Below are positions 1 to 9,845 of a DNA stretch of 64,000 nt, piece by piece (position 1 is the first letter of the stretch; each line of letters starts with the position of its first letter). The DNA comes from Desulfomonilia bacterium (lineage in GTDB: Bacteria; Desulfobacterota; Desulfomonilia; UBA1062). Both the position numbers and the translations under genes were made by a program. Below the pieces are notes generated by a model. It was given only the letters and a program-made list of their open reading frames with translations, was not told the origin of the DNA and searched no databases. The stretch is from the NCBI GenBank assembly GCA_963664325.2, contig CAXXDQ010000003.1, positions 64,001 through 128,000 of the forward strand. The letters run 5' to 3'.

Positions 1-519
1 CTCTGCAAAACTGCCCTTCCAGCAGGTGGGGTCGCTCATGTTTTTGACTTCCGAGCCCCCTTCGTAGGTCCTTATCATCTTCGGCTGGCCGATAATACCG
101 GCTTCAATAAGTTCTTTGATCTTACGGTGAGCAGGGAGGAAAAGCTGGTTTTCCGCAATCATGAATGTCTTGCCGGCTTTCTTTCCTGCCATGATCATCG
201 CATCCGCCTCTTCAAGCGTATGTGCAATCGGCTTTTCACACAGTACATGCTTGCCCGCTTCAAAAGCCTCAATGCAAATCCTGTAATGCAGATGATGCGG
301 AAGACAGATATGAACACAATCAATGTCAGGCCGCCTCAGGACTTCGCGGTAGTCCATGCTTAAATCCGCACCAGGGTTCTTTTTGCCGACCCTCTTCAGA
401 TTCTTCTCGTTCAAGTCCACAAGGGCCGCCACGCTGGCCAGCTCGGGAATCTTCCCGATCGAATTTGCATGCCAGTTCCCGGCATTGCCTACACCGATAA
501 TTGCCGCTTTCAAAGCCAT
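1..519 (-). CDS. Gfo/Idh/MocA family oxidoreductase (3' part outside window)
   Basis: Absent from the ORF track. Manual translation gives MALKAAIIGVGNAGNWH...DCVHICLPHHLH...GKHVLCEKP, with a GxGxxG motif and the EKP motif. SD GAGGAG lies upstream of the ATG at 519. Confidence 0.9.
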   Translation of the reverse strand, partial: MALKAAIIGVGNAGNWHANSIGKIPELASVAALVDLNEKNLKRVGKKNPGADLSMDYREVLRRPDIDCVHICLPHHLHYRICIEAFEAGKHVLCEKPIAHTLEEADAMIMAGKKAGKTFMIAENQLFLPAHRKIKELIEAGIIGQPKMIRTYEGGSEVKNMSDPTCWKGSFAE

Positions 520-559
520 TATCTCCTCCTCTACAGGGCGTCATAACTTTGCATACCAT

Positions 560-715
560 TGTCGCTCCTTGCTGAAACGTTGCGGCGTACGGCAATGTAC
601 GCCTCACATTTCAGCTTCGTCGCTTCGCGGTCTGCTTTGTTCTTACGCCCTGTAATAAAACCTGCCCATTTACAGTATGACCAGTTAGTTCCCATAAGGG
701 TTTTGTTCAACAACC
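560..715. repeat. Dispersed palindromic (REP/MITE-like) repeat copy with GCGTAC-loop-GTACGC core
   Basis: Hairpin GGCGTAC(584-590)/GTACGCC(597-603). Collinear similarity to 41324-41405. TCGTCGCTTC (617-626) is the reverse complement of 24401-24410. Confidence 0.65.
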
Positions 716-718
716 AAT

Positions 719-1459
719 TCAAACCGTCATTCCGCCGTCGATGGACAGGCATGTTCCTGTGCAGAATTCGTTGGCGGCGAGCAGGAGGATGCCTTCCGCT
801 ATTTCTTCGGGCCTGCCAAGCCTGCCCATTGGCTGGCGCGCTGTTATCTGTTTTCTTGCCTCCTCGGCATTGCCTGTCTGTATGAGGCGCACCGCGAGCG
901 ACGGCGTGTCTGTCGTACCGGGCAGTATTGCATTAACCCGGATTCCGTCTGCGATATGGTCCATTGCCATGGCCTTTGTCAGAGAAAGCACCGCGCCTTT
1001 GGATGCCGAATATGCAGCACGGTTGGCGACGCCCTTTATGGCCACCGATGAAGAGCAGTTGATGATAACGCCTTTTGACGCCTTCAGGTGCGGGATTGCA
1101 TAGAGCGAGCAGAGCCATGTGCCGCGGACATTTATTGCCATTGTCTTGTCAAATTCGGCCACAGTGCAATTGTCAATACCGCCGGCCACCACTATGCCGG
1201 CGTTGTTGTGGAGGATGTCCAGCCTGCCGAATCTGGCGATTGTTTCATCGATCAGGCGTTTTACATCGTCTTCTTTTGCAACATCGCATTTGATATAAAC
1301 GGCCTCGCCGCCGGATTCGTTGATTGTTTCCACGCCCCTGCAGGGTACGATGTCGCTTAATACAACCTTGGCGCCTTCCTGAGCGAACAGTATGGCTGTC
1401 GCCTCGCCAATGCCTGCCGCTGCCCCGGTGATTATGGCAATTTTGCCTGCGAGCTTCAT
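719..1459 (-). CDS. SDR family oxidoreductase (BDH2 / 2-keto-3-deoxy-L-fuconate dehydrogenase-like)
   Basis: Motifs TGAAAGIG, NNAG, YSASK and PGTTDTPSL. The likely start MKLAGK at 1459 overlaps the upstream stop (ATGA). Confidence 0.9.
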   Translation of the reverse strand: MKLAGKIAIITGAAAGIGEATAILFAQEGAKVVLSDIVPCRGVETINESGGEAVYIKCDVAKEDDVKRLIDETIARFGRLDILHNNAGIVVAGGIDNCTVAEFDKTMAINVRGTWLCSLYAIPHLKASKGVIINCSSSVAIKGVANRAAYSASKGAVLSLTKAMAMDHIADGIRVNAILPGTTDTPSLAVRLIQTGNAEEARKQITARQPMGRLGRPEEIAEGILLLAANEFCTGTCLSIDGGMTV

Positions 1460-2253
1460 TTTGCAAGTCCTGTTATCTTCCTGGCTTCGGCATGTGTTGC
1501 CACCGGCCGGCCCATCTTTCTGGACAGCCATACGGCCCTTTCGATGAGTTCGGCGTTATTTTTTGCCGGTCTGCCGTCCTCCATGAATGGATTGTCTTCG
1601 GTGCCGATTCGGATATTGCCGCCCGTGCTTATTGCAAGCGTCGCCATCTTGGTCTGCTCTTCACCCATTGTACTGACCGTGTGAAGGCAGCTTTCGGGTT
1701 TGAAGCGCATCAGGTACTGATAGCTTTCGATCTCCGGCGGACACCATGTGCCGCCGGGCCAGCCGAAGAACATCGTAATGATATGCGGGGCCTTGAGAAT
1801 GCCTTTTTTAACAAGCCAGTTCAAATTCCAGTAGGACCCCGTATGCCAGACCTCCCATTCGGGCTTGATATTATACTCAGTGCACTTGAGGGCATATGCC
1901 TCGAGTTCGGTCAAAGGGTGAAGCTTGTCGACTGTGACTGCCGTGAATTCTTCCGCATGATGGTTGAGGATAATGGAAAGCATGTCCGGTTTGCAGTCGA
2001 AGTCGGTCTGGCGCTCTTCGATCGGAAAGCTTGACATGCCGGCCTGAATAATGGCGTCGGTCTTTGCCCTGATTTTGTCTACTATGTATGTGGCCTGAGA
2101 GCTTCTCGGCAGATGGACATGAAGAATGGAAGCGCCGGCCTCCGCGCATTCTACGGCGTCTTTAATAAGGTCTTCATCATTATCGGACCAGTTCCTGACA
2201 TCCGGGTGAATCCATGAATTTGCCGTTGTAGCGGTGATGATGAGTTTTTCCAT
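1456..2253 (-). CDS. 3-keto-5-aminohexanoate cleavage enzyme family (BKACE/DUF849)
   Basis: EAGASILHVH metal motif, KPEWEV and GGNIRIGTEDN...NAELIER...RPVAT are typical of BKACE. Confidence 0.9.
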   Translation of the reverse strand: MEKLIITATTANSWIHPDVRNWSDNDEDLIKDAVECAEAGASILHVHLPRSSQATYIVDKIRAKTDAIIQAGMSSFPIEERQTDFDCKPDMLSIILNHHAEEFTAVTVDKLHPLTELEAYALKCTEYNIKPEWEVWHTGSYWNLNWLVKKGILKAPHIITMFFGWPGGTWCPPEIESYQYLMRFKPESCLHTVSTMGEEQTKMATLAISTGGNIRIGTEDNPFMEDGRPAKNNAELIERAVWLSRKMGRPVATHAEARKITGLAK

Positions 2254-2256
2254 TTT

Positions 2257-3183
2257 TTATTCTCCTGTTTCCTGGATGATATTTGTTTCGGCAGCCGCTT
2301 CTTCCTGCCTTCGTCCAAGCAGAAATCCGCTGATTATAATGAGAGCGACGCCTGAGAGCATATATGCTACAGATGCCGAATCGGGCGCTTTAAGAGCGAA
2401 CACATAGAAATATACCAGGACAGGCGCGATCTGGACAGGCACCTGCTGGACCGGTATGATGTTGCTGGCCTGTCCGTAGCGGAAACATTCCTGAGTCTGC
2501 CACATGCCGATGAAATTCGTTCCGACAAGGACAATGCTTGCCGTTACAAAGATCACTATCTGAGATGTCGAGCCCTTGCCTTCGAGCACCAGGAATATAA
2601 CGGCTACAAGAGGCGCTATCCAGAGATTGGAAATTGCGAACGGGAAGCCGTTTGAAACACCCATTACAATGCCCTTTCTTCCGCCGGACTTGAGAGACAC
2701 TAAATGCGATATCACCCAAAGCGCGGTAAGGCTCAGGCTGAAAACCGCTATTCGCATGAGCGCAGCAGTTGTTTCAAGGCTCGCCACGACAGTTTCGCCC
2801 TTTATTTCAAGCCTGCTGAGGCCGAGAAGGGTAATACCGATTATCATGAGAAAAATTCCGGTGATCTCGAATGCATCAAGACTTTCACCGTTCATCCAGA
2901 CCGAGCCCAGCGCTAGCACGATAAGCCCTGACGCCATAAGGCCGGGCACCAGAGCGGGCCCGATGTAATCCTGCGCGATCATGAAGCAGGCCGTTCCCGC
3001 ACCGATAGACAATACCAGACCCGTTATCCACAAGGGATTCTTGAGCAGGGTTCTCATGAATTTTGATTTTTTGATTTCCTCAGGCAGGTTGTTCACGGCC
3101 TTTTTCTGCAAGAGCTGTCCCGTTTGATTAAGGACGCCGCTCAATATTGCAAGAACTACTCCTATTATATAACCCTTATGCAT
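2257..3183 (-). CDS. DMT-superfamily-like multi-pass membrane protein (putative transporter)
   Basis: 308 aa with about 9 hydrophobic segments and N-terminal GQLLQKKA...NPLWITG. Lies 3 nt upstream of BKACE. Confidence 0.65.
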   Translation of the reverse strand: MHKGYIIGVVLAILSGVLNQTGQLLQKKAVNNLPEEIKKSKFMRTLLKNPLWITGLVLSIGAGTACFMIAQDYIGPALVPGLMASGLIVLALGSVWMNGESLDAFEITGIFLMIIGITLLGLSRLEIKGETVVASLETTAALMRIAVFSLSLTALWVISHLVSLKSGGRKGIVMGVSNGFPFAISNLWIAPLVAVIFLVLEGKGSTSQIVIFVTASIVLVGTNFIGMWQTQECFRYGQASNIIPVQQVPVQIAPVLVYFYVFALKAPDSASVAYMLSGVALIIISGFLLGRRQEEAAAETNIIQETGE

Positions 3184-3351
3184 TATATCACCTTATCCCG
3201 GTTAAATTGGTCTTACCAATTTGCAGAAAAACAAACTAAGTGTCAACGGAAATTACTGACAAATTTAAAGAAAAGGTCTTTCAAGAGGATTTCAAATCAT
3301 TTTAAATAATCAAGAGCAGCCATAACAACTCCATACTTATTATATTAAAAA

Positions 3352-3381
3352 ACTCACCACTCAAAACTCACAACTATATTT
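3352..3381. repeat. Heptamer tandem repeat (ACTCACC/ACTCAAA/ACTCACA)
   Basis: Three 7-mers followed by ACTATATTT. The same pattern occurs at 35361-35390 and a related one at 39918-39994. Confidence 0.65.
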
Positions 3382-3383
3382 TT

Positions 3384-4478
3384 CTATCTCTCGGCCCTTG
3401 CTCCTCCCCCCTTCATCAGCTTTTCCACTTCGGCCAATGAGGCCATCGATGTGTCGCCGGGCGTTGTCATTGCCAGCGCGCCGTGCGCTGCGCCGCATTC
3501 AACCGCGTAGGCCGGATCGCCCTTGGCCATAAGTCCGTATATGAGGCCGGAGGCAAAGCTGTCGCCGCCGCCGATGCGGTCCATGATCTCGAGATTATCC
3601 CTGTGCTGCGCCTCGTAAAATTTGCCGTTTGCCCAGCATATCGCCCCCCAGTCGTTTATGGTCGCCGACTTCACTGTGCGCAGTGTAGTCGCCACAACCT
3701 TGATATTCGGGAATTCCTTTACAACATCATCGATCATCTTTTTATATCCGGCCGTATCAAGGGAGGAAAGGCTTTCATCGGTTCCTTCGACCGTAAAGCC
3801 CAGGCAGGCAGTGAAGTCTTCCTCGTTGCCTATCATCACATCCACATATTTCGCCAGTGAGCGGTTCACCTTTTGTGCAGCTTCCCTGCCGCCGATGGTT
3901 TTCCACAGAGACGGCCTGTAATTGAGGTCATAGGAAATAATCGTTCCGTGCTTCCGGGCGGCAGTGAACGCCTCTTCGATGACGCCTGCGGTCGTATCCG
4001 AAAGTGCGGCATATATGCCCCCGGTATGCAGCCAGCGAACACCAAGCCTGCCGAAGATCTCTTCAAAATCAATGTCGCCCTTTTTCATCTGAGAGGCGGC
4101 GGAATTGCCCCTGTCAGAGACGCCGAGCGCGCCCCTTATCCCGAAGCCCCGTTCCGTGAAGTTAAGCCCGTTCCTTACATTGAGGCCGACGCCGTCGTAC
4201 GGCAGCCATTTTATGAACCGCGTATCCACTCCGCCCTGAAGGATGAAATCTTCGATAAGCCTGCCAATGGCGTTTTCGGCAAATGCGGTGACCACTGCCG
4301 TGCGCATCCCGAAGCAGCGCCTCAGGCCGCGCGCTACATTGTATTCGCCGCCCCCTTCCCAGGCCCTGAATTGACGGGCGGTGTGTATCCTGCCCTCGCC
4401 CGGGTCAAGCCTGAGCATGACCTCGCCGAGCGATATCTCGTCGAATTTACATGTTTCTGAAGGTTTTACTGTAAACAT
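3384..4478 (-). CDS. kdgK: PfkB family sugar kinase, 2-keto-3-deoxygluconate kinase-like
   Basis: Motifs GEVMLRL, GGGEYNVA, DLNYRPSLW and DRIGGGDSFASG. Start MFTVK at 4478 with SD AAGGAGG. Adjacent to eda. Confidence 0.85.
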   Translation of the reverse strand: MFTVKPSETCKFDEISLGEVMLRLDPGEGRIHTARQFRAWEGGGEYNVARGLRRCFGMRTAVVTAFAENAIGRLIEDFILQGGVDTRFIKWLPYDGVGLNVRNGLNFTERGFGIRGALGVSDRGNSAASQMKKGDIDFEEIFGRLGVRWLHTGGIYAALSDTTAGVIEEAFTAARKHGTIISYDLNYRPSLWKTIGGREAAQKVNRSLAKYVDVMIGNEEDFTACLGFTVEGTDESLSSLDTAGYKKMIDDVVKEFPNIKVVATTLRTVKSATINDWGAICWANGKFYEAQHRDNLEIMDRIGGGDSFASGLIYGLMAKGDPAYAVECGAAHGALAMTTPGDTSMASLAEVEKLMKGGGARAER

Positions 4479-4488
4479 ACTTCCCTCC

Positions 4489-5124
4489 TTAAACTGACAT
4501 TGCAATCGCCGCTGCCTCTTTACAAAGCCCCGAGATCTTTTCAAACTTTCCCTGCTCGATCATCTCGGAGGTCGCCAGCCATGTGCCGCCGCAGGCTAGC
4601 ACTTTCGGGAAGGCCAGGTATTCGGCCAGGTTCTTTGTGTTTACTCCGCCGGTCGGGATAAATTTGATTGACCCGAGAGGGGCACTTATTGCCTTTAAGG
4701 TCGTGAGCCCGCCATAGGCTTCGGCCGGGAAGAATTTCAGCGTTGATAACCCCAGCTTCATTGCGGCCATTACTTCTGTCGGCGTGCATATTCCCGGCGT
4801 TATGGGGACATCCTTGTCAAGACAGAATTTTACTACTTCTGCGTCCAGCCCGGGTGAGACCATGAACTTTGCCCCGGCGGCAATCGCTTTTCCGGCCTGT
4901 TCAACAGTAACAACCGTTCCGGCTCCCACCAGCATGTCGCCCCTGGCGGCAATAATTCCGATTGCCTCTTCGGCCGCAGCAGTCCTGAAAGTAACCTCGA
5001 CAAGAGGCAGACCGCCGGCCTTGAGGGCATCGGCCAGAGGCATTGCATCTTTTGAATCCCTGATGGCCACGATCGGAAGAACCCTTGAATTTCCAATTAT
5101 TGCAAGAACATCGCTCATGATCAT
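4489..5124 (-). CDS. eda: KDPG/KHG aldolase
   Basis: Motifs VEVTFRT, GAGTV, FMVSPG, LKFFPA and FIPTGGV. Confidence 0.93.
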   Translation of the reverse strand: MIMSDVLAIIGNSRVLPIVAIRDSKDAMPLADALKAGGLPLVEVTFRTAAAEEAIGIIAARGDMLVGAGTVVTVEQAGKAIAAGAKFMVSPGLDAEVVKFCLDKDVPITPGICTPTEVMAAMKLGLSTLKFFPAEAYGGLTTLKAISAPLGSIKFIPTGGVNTKNLAEYLAFPKVLACGGTWLATSEMIEQGKFEKISGLCKEAAAIAMSV

Positions 5125-5171
5125 GTCCTTACTAAAAATTATTTGTAAGTGTTCAATAGATGATTTTGATA

Positions 5172-5198
5172 TAATGGTCTATATCCAAGTGCCGATAA
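5172..5198 (+). promoter_or_regulatory. sigma28 (FliA/WhiG)-like promoter
   Basis: TAAT-N15-GCCGATAA, 27 nt upstream of the ATG at 5226. Consensus is TAAA-N15-GCCGATAA. Confidence 0.6.
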
Positions 5199-5225
5199 GT
5201 TACACAGAATAACAGGAGGCCACAG

Positions 5226-5786
5226 ATGACTCATAGGATAATATCATTAATGATATGTTTGTCGGTGATGGCATCGGTAGGATCTGCAGCAGATTCCCAG
5301 CAGCCTGTGCCTGAAAGCAAACCGGCTGGATATATGCTTCAGCTTGGTGTCAACACGGCGATATTTGACAAGCCCGGCGGAACAAAGACAACCGTGCTGG
5401 CAAAAGACCTGATGGTATGGGTTTCCGGGGAAAAGGACAAATATCTGCAGGTAAGCACGGGAGGATGGGTTAAAATGCAGGGGGTTCCTTCTCAGCAGCC
5501 TCCCTTCAACCTGATGCTCGGAAAAAAAATAGATGTTTACAACATGCCCGGGGATAAATCGGAAATTGCAACCGTGCAGAAGAATGTGATGATAACCATA
5601 GTCGAGACAAAGGACAGTTTCGGACGCATAAAAATCGAGGGATGGATGCTCAAACCGGGTGCAGCGGCAGAAATGAAAAAGACAAGGCCGGACCCTTATA
5701 CGGATATCAAGGACAAGGGAAATAGTGTAATAGATATAATTGATAACAGGATTGTTCATGATCCTGATACGTCATTATCGGAATAA
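5226..5786 (+). CDS. Secreted protein with two SH3b-like repeats
   Basis: Signal peptide and SD AGGAGG. Two similar segments, IFDKPGG...GGWV and VYNMPGD...EGWM. Confidence 0.7.
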   Translation: MTHRIISLMICLSVMASVGSAADSQQPVPESKPAGYMLQLGVNTAIFDKPGGTKTTVLAKDLMVWVSGEKDKYLQVSTGGWVKMQGVPSQQPPFNLMLGKKIDVYNMPGDKSEIATVQKNVMITIVETKDSFGRIKIEGWMLKPGAAAEMKKTRPDPYTDIKDKGNSVIDIIDNRIVHDPDTSLSE

Positions 5787-5843
5787 ATTGAGCGATTGCT
5801 TTCCGCCCGGGACAATATCCTTTAAAATAGTGCGTATCTGCTC

Positions 5844-5872
5844 TTGACACGGCAAATTGCTTCGGTTATATC
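5844..5872 (+). promoter_or_regulatory. sigma70-like promoter of rplM-rpsI
   Basis: TTGACA-N17-TATATC upstream of SD AAGGAG. Confidence 0.55.
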
Positions 5873-5903
5873 CGAGCCTCTATTCAGGCCAAGGAGTGTA
5901 CAC

Positions 5904-6332
5904 ATGAAGACGTTTATAGCAAAAAAGGAAGAGGCCGAAAGGAACTGGGTCCTAATTGATGCCGCCGATAAGGTGGTGGGCAAGGTTGCGGTCGAAATAG
6001 CCTCCATTCTTCGCGGAAAAACCAAGCCGGTCTTTACACCGCACGTGGATACAGGCGATTTTGTGGTTGTCATCAATGCGGAAAAAGTCCAGCTGACAGG
6101 CAACAAGCTTGAGAAGAAGACATATTACCACCACAGCGGTTATATGGGCGGAATAAAAGCGGCTACTGCAAAGAGCCTGATGGCAAAAAATCCCGAGGAA
6201 ATACTCAAACATGCAGTAAAAGGCATGTTGCCCAAAAACAGTCTGGGCAAATCCATGTTCAAGAAGCTGAAAATATACACAGGTTCAAACCATCCGCACG
6301 AGGCTCAAACACCAAAGGCAATTAATCAGTAA
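5904..6332 (+). CDS. rplM: 50S ribosomal protein L13
   Basis: MKTFIAK...WVLIDA...[24 protein letters not shown]...GMLPKN; start at 5904. Confidence 0.98.
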   Translation: MKTFIAKKEEAERNWVLIDAADKVVGKVAVEIASILRGKTKPVFTPHVDTGDFVVVINAEKVQLTGNKLEKKTYYHHSGYMGGIKAATAKSLMAKNPEEILKHAVKGMLPKNSLGKSMFKKLKIYTGSNHPHEAQTPKAINQ

Positions 6333-6344
6333 AGAGGGGAACAT

Positions 6345-6743
6345 ATGGCACAGATAGAGAAAATATACGCAACGGGAAGAAGGAAGAATGCATCAGCCCG
6401 CGTGTGGATCAAGCCTGGAAAAGGCTTGTTTACGGTCAACGGCAGGGCGGTCGGCGAGTATTTCGACAGAGAATCATTAAAGCTGATAGCACTTCAGGCT
6501 TATGATGTGACACAGACTTCCGGGCAGTTCGATACATATGCAACAGTCGCCGGAGGTGGCATATCAGGCCAGGCAGGAGCCGTTCGCCACGGTATATCAA
6601 GGGCCCTTTCGGCATTCGATCCTGATAAACTCAAGCCGACGCTCAAGGCAGCAGGATTCCTCACACGCGACCCGAGAATGGTCGAAAGAAAGAAATACGG
6701 TCTGCACAAGGCTAGAAAGAGACCGCAGTTCTCCAAGAGGTAA
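6345..6743 (+). CDS. rpsI: 30S ribosomal protein S9
   Basis: YATGRRK...[19 protein letters not shown]...[11 protein letters not shown]. Confidence 0.98.
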   Translation: MAQIEKIYATGRRKNASARVWIKPGKGLFTVNGRAVGEYFDRESLKLIALQAYDVTQTSGQFDTYATVAGGGISGQAGAVRHGISRALSAFDPDKLKPTLKAAGFLTRDPRMVERKKYGLHKARKRPQFSKR

Positions 6744-6768
6744 TCTTTCACGTAATTTTCGAATAGTC

Positions 6769-6811
6769 ACGGTGCAGCAGGCCGTGTAAAATGCCTGCTG
6801 CACCGTTTTTT
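6769..6811 (+). terminator. Rho-independent terminator of rplM-rpsI
   Basis: 14-bp stem ACGGTGCAGCAGGC/GCCTGCTGCACCGT followed by a T-run. Confidence 0.85.
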
Positions 6812-7012
6812 ATGCACAGATATCTTCGTGTTTTCCGGAATATAATCATGCAAATGATTTCCTGCAGAGAAATGAACCTGCTGATTTGTCAGCAAAGTTC
6901 ATAAACTGATTTTGTTTTTTGTTGACCCTCAAGCCGGAAGGAAAACTATATTATTAAATTCCAGACTGTTTTGTGGTAAGATTTATTATTCATATGAGTC
7001 GGGGAGGGGCCT

Positions 7013-8119
7013 GTGAAAAGATTATTTCTTGGTTTTATCATCATATTGATATGTTCCGCCGGATGTCTGAATAAAACCAGCAGTAAAGATTCTGCGGCTG
7101 GATACGATCTGTTAAGAATTCAGGCCCAGGAAACAACATTTGATGAAGAGCTTGGCGGAATGGGTATCTATTATGGAAATTTTCATTCCCACAGCACTAT
7201 ATCAGGTGCCCAGGGAACGCCCGATGAAGTCCTGACATGGGCCAGGGACACAGCAGGTTTTGATTTCTACGCAATGACCGATCATGCCGAGGAGATAACT
7301 GCCACTGAATGGAAACAGATGCGGGAAGCCACTGACCGGTTTAATGAAGACGGCGTTTTCGTTGCCATGAGGGGGTTTGAATGGAGCAGTTCTGTTTTCG
7401 GGCATATCTGCGTCTACAATACCGACAGATACACAAACAGCGTTTTCAGCCCGTTCCTGCTCATGTTCTACTTCTGGCTAAACTGCAATGACGGGCTTGC
7501 ACAGTTCAATCACCCCGGCAGGGAAGAGCTTATGTTCAGAAACTTCATGTATCTAAGGTGTGTGGCTGACAATTTCTTTGCAGTTGAGACCGGCAACAAG
7601 GACACCGGGAACAATGATTATACCTATCTCGATAAATACCCTGATGCGCTTGACAAAGGATGGAAAGTGGCCCCTACGAGCAACCAGGATAATCACAGCA
7701 TGAATGCGAATTCCCACAGGTCCGTAGCAATTATGGAAAGTCTTACCCGCCAGGGGTTAATTGATGCAATGAAAGCAAGGAGGATATATTCATCCGATGA
7801 CCCCAACATTGAAATCATATTCAAGCATGATGATACATGGATGGGTTCTGAGGTCGAGACAGCAGACGAAACCATCAATTTCAAGATATGGGTCAGGGAT
7901 GACGAGCCGATAGAAAAAGTGACGCTTTATACGAACCATGGAGTTGTCGCCGCGGAAACCATTCCAGATTCCGAAACCCCGGAAGTCAGATGGGAGCCCG
8001 AAATAGAGATAGGAAACTCGACCTACTTCTATGTACAGGTTGAAGAAAAAAATCTTTATGATGCTGATCTCGAAACACAAATAGCGGTCACAGCCCCCAT
8101 TTGGGTGAAGCGAAACTGA
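7013..8119 (+). CDS. PHP-like CehA/McbA family metallohydrolase, lipoprotein
   Basis: Motifs GNFHSHS, TDH, GFEWS, GHI, FNHP and NQDNH; lipobox SAGC. Confidence 0.8.
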   Translation: MKRLFLGFIIILICSAGCLNKTSSKDSAAGYDLLRIQAQETTFDEELGGMGIYYGNFHSHSTISGAQGTPDEVLTWARDTAGFDFYAMTDHAEEITATEWKQMREATDRFNEDGVFVAMRGFEWSSSVFGHICVYNTDRYTNSVFSPFLLMFYFWLNCNDGLAQFNHPGREELMFRNFMYLRCVADNFFAVETGNKDTGNNDYTYLDKYPDALDKGWKVAPTSNQDNHSMNANSHRSVAIMESLTRQGLIDAMKARRIYSSDDPNIEIIFKHDDTWMGSEVETADETINFKIWVRDDEPIEKVTLYTNHGVVAAETIPDSETPEVRWEPEIEIGNSTYFYVQVEEKNLYDADLETQIAVTAPIWVKRN

Positions 8120-8267
8120 AAAGAGCAGCAAATAAGATCTCAGCATCTGACATGCCGGCTCTGTTGTTGTGAATTAGTCCATTAAAGAAAAGGGTTGAAT
8201 AATTTCATAAAGCCCTTTGCCCTGTCTGGATTTACCTTCAGGATGCTGCCAGATTAAGGTACTTCAA

Positions 8268-9845
8268 TTATTTTACGCATGCATCACGTTCGATTATTGC
8301 CATGACCTGTTTTAGCAGGCTGTGGAGGCCTGCGGAATCGAGCAGTTCGAGGTTGTTTACGGCTTCCAGGATCGGCACTGCCTCGTTCTCTCCTGCCGCA
8401 TCTCTCAGTTTGCCGGCAAGCATCTCTTCCACAACGCTTTCTGGCGTACCTACAAAACCGTCCGGCATGCCGACATGCCTGCATATGGCAGTTCCGTCAC
8501 TGAGTCTGGCAACAACGGTTGCCCCGTTATAAAATCTGTACTCCCTGTCATCAACAGTATCCGGTCTGCTTTCGGGGAACTCTTTTTCCAGCAGTCTTGA
8601 GCGTTTGATATCTGCAGGCATTGATGCCAGGTCCTTCAAGCCGCCGTATTTCTTGTAAAAGGGAAATAATTTTAATGGATGCTTCAGAAACAGGGAAGTC
8701 GCATCAGGAATCGGCGATGAGTGCTTCAACATCTGAAGGGATGCCATTGGATCGTGGTAGACCTTTGTCCTTTCTGCAAGCGACCAGACAGCGTCCCTGG
8801 AAAGAGAGGCCTTTGAGAAACTCTCTGGTTTGAGGTTCCCGTCATGCAGCATCAGGGAGCAGTTTATAGGCAGGGAGAAGTTCAATGTCGTAAGAGTGCT
8901 GTTTTTGCCTTTCATGTACGGCCCGGACAAGTCATCCATCTTCTTGGAAAGGATGTTGCAGTAAATTTCTACAGATTCGATTGCATCTGTAACGGAGCCG
9001 GCTGATTTCATCCCGTTTAGGATCTCTTCACAGGCCTGAACCGGCGCTGCGATATAGGCGCATCCAGGGAATTTTTTGAATGACAGCGTCCTTGAGAAAA
9101 AGTCTGTTCCAAGGCTGTCCCAGACAGCAAGAAGCGGCAGGTATGAAAAGGTCCGGTAAAAGCTTGCGCAATCTTCAAATGGATCGGCGCCGCCTATTCC
9201 GGTGTCTCCGGCAAGCCCCGATTTTATGCCGATATCAAGAGGAGCGTTTGCAGTCATGCATTTTGCGGGAGACCCGAAAAAGGTATCCATCATGCCATAT
9301 ACCGGGTATGCGAGGGCGAGGGTTATGCAGGACTTGATCATGCCTTTAACTTCATCATCCTTCATGCCGGCCGAGCGCATTCTGGCGAGTTGTGATGCTG
9401 CAGTTATCTGGTGAACCGGAGTCCACATCTGGCCGTTGTGCGGCCCCAGGAATATCGAGGCGCCAAGCCTTCCGCCGATTTCATTGCCGATTGTCTGCAG
9501 TGTTAAAAATTCCTGGCCGTCAATGCCGTATTTATCCGAAAAAGCCAACGGAGTTATCACCGATGAATGTCCTGAATGTGCCGCGAACATGAAATCGTCA
9601 TAGTCGTACAGCATCGAAAGCGTTGAAAGTGCGCAAGAGAGCTTCCATGCATCGCTCCTGTCCTCCGGATAGAGTCTGTCCATTATCCATCTGAAATAGG
9701 GGCTCTTTTTCCCATGAAGGATGGCCCCGATCATGGAGAGAATCTGCCATTTGTTTCGCTTTATGATGGATTCGGGAATATCATCAAACGTCAAGCCGGT
9801 TTTCGGATTAATATAGTCAGCTATTTTATCAAGTATTCTCGACAC
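8268..9845 (-). CDS. MmgE/PrpD family protein
   Basis: Motifs YDYDD...AHSGHS, GNEIGGRLG and FKKFPGC; GTG start with SD AAGGAG. Confidence 0.8.
   Translation of the reverse strand: MSRILDKIADYINPKTGLTFDDIPESIIKRNKWQILSMIGAILHGKKSPYFRWIMDRLYPEDRSDAWKLSCALSTLSMLYDYDDFMFAAHSGHSSVITPLAFSDKYGIDGQEFLTLQTIGNEIGGRLGASIFLGPHNGQMWTPVHQITAASQLARMRSAGMKDDEVKGMIKSCITLALAYPVYGMMDTFFGSPAKCMTANAPLDIGIKSGLAGDTGIGGADPFEDCASFYRTFSYLPLLAVWDSLGTDFFSRTLSFKKFPGCAYIAAPVQACEEILNGMKSAGSVTDAIESVEIYCNILSKKMDDLSGPYMKGKNSTLTTLNFSLPINCSLMLHDGNLKPESFSKASLSRDAVWSLAERTKVYHDPMASLQMLKHSSPIPDATSLFLKHPLKLFPFYKKYGGLKDLASMPADIKRSRLLEKEFPESRPDTVDDREYRFYNGATVVARLSDGTAICRHVGMPDGFVGTPESVVEEMLAGKLRDAAGENEAVPILEAVNNLELLDSAGLHSLLKQVMAIIERDACVK

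Noticed and set aside
6872-6902. Imperfect palindrome upstream of the PHP hydrolase promoter (also TGTCA-N11-TGACA at 3241-3261)
   Set aside because: Single occurrences with no cognate regulator nearby, so they cannot be distinguished from chance.
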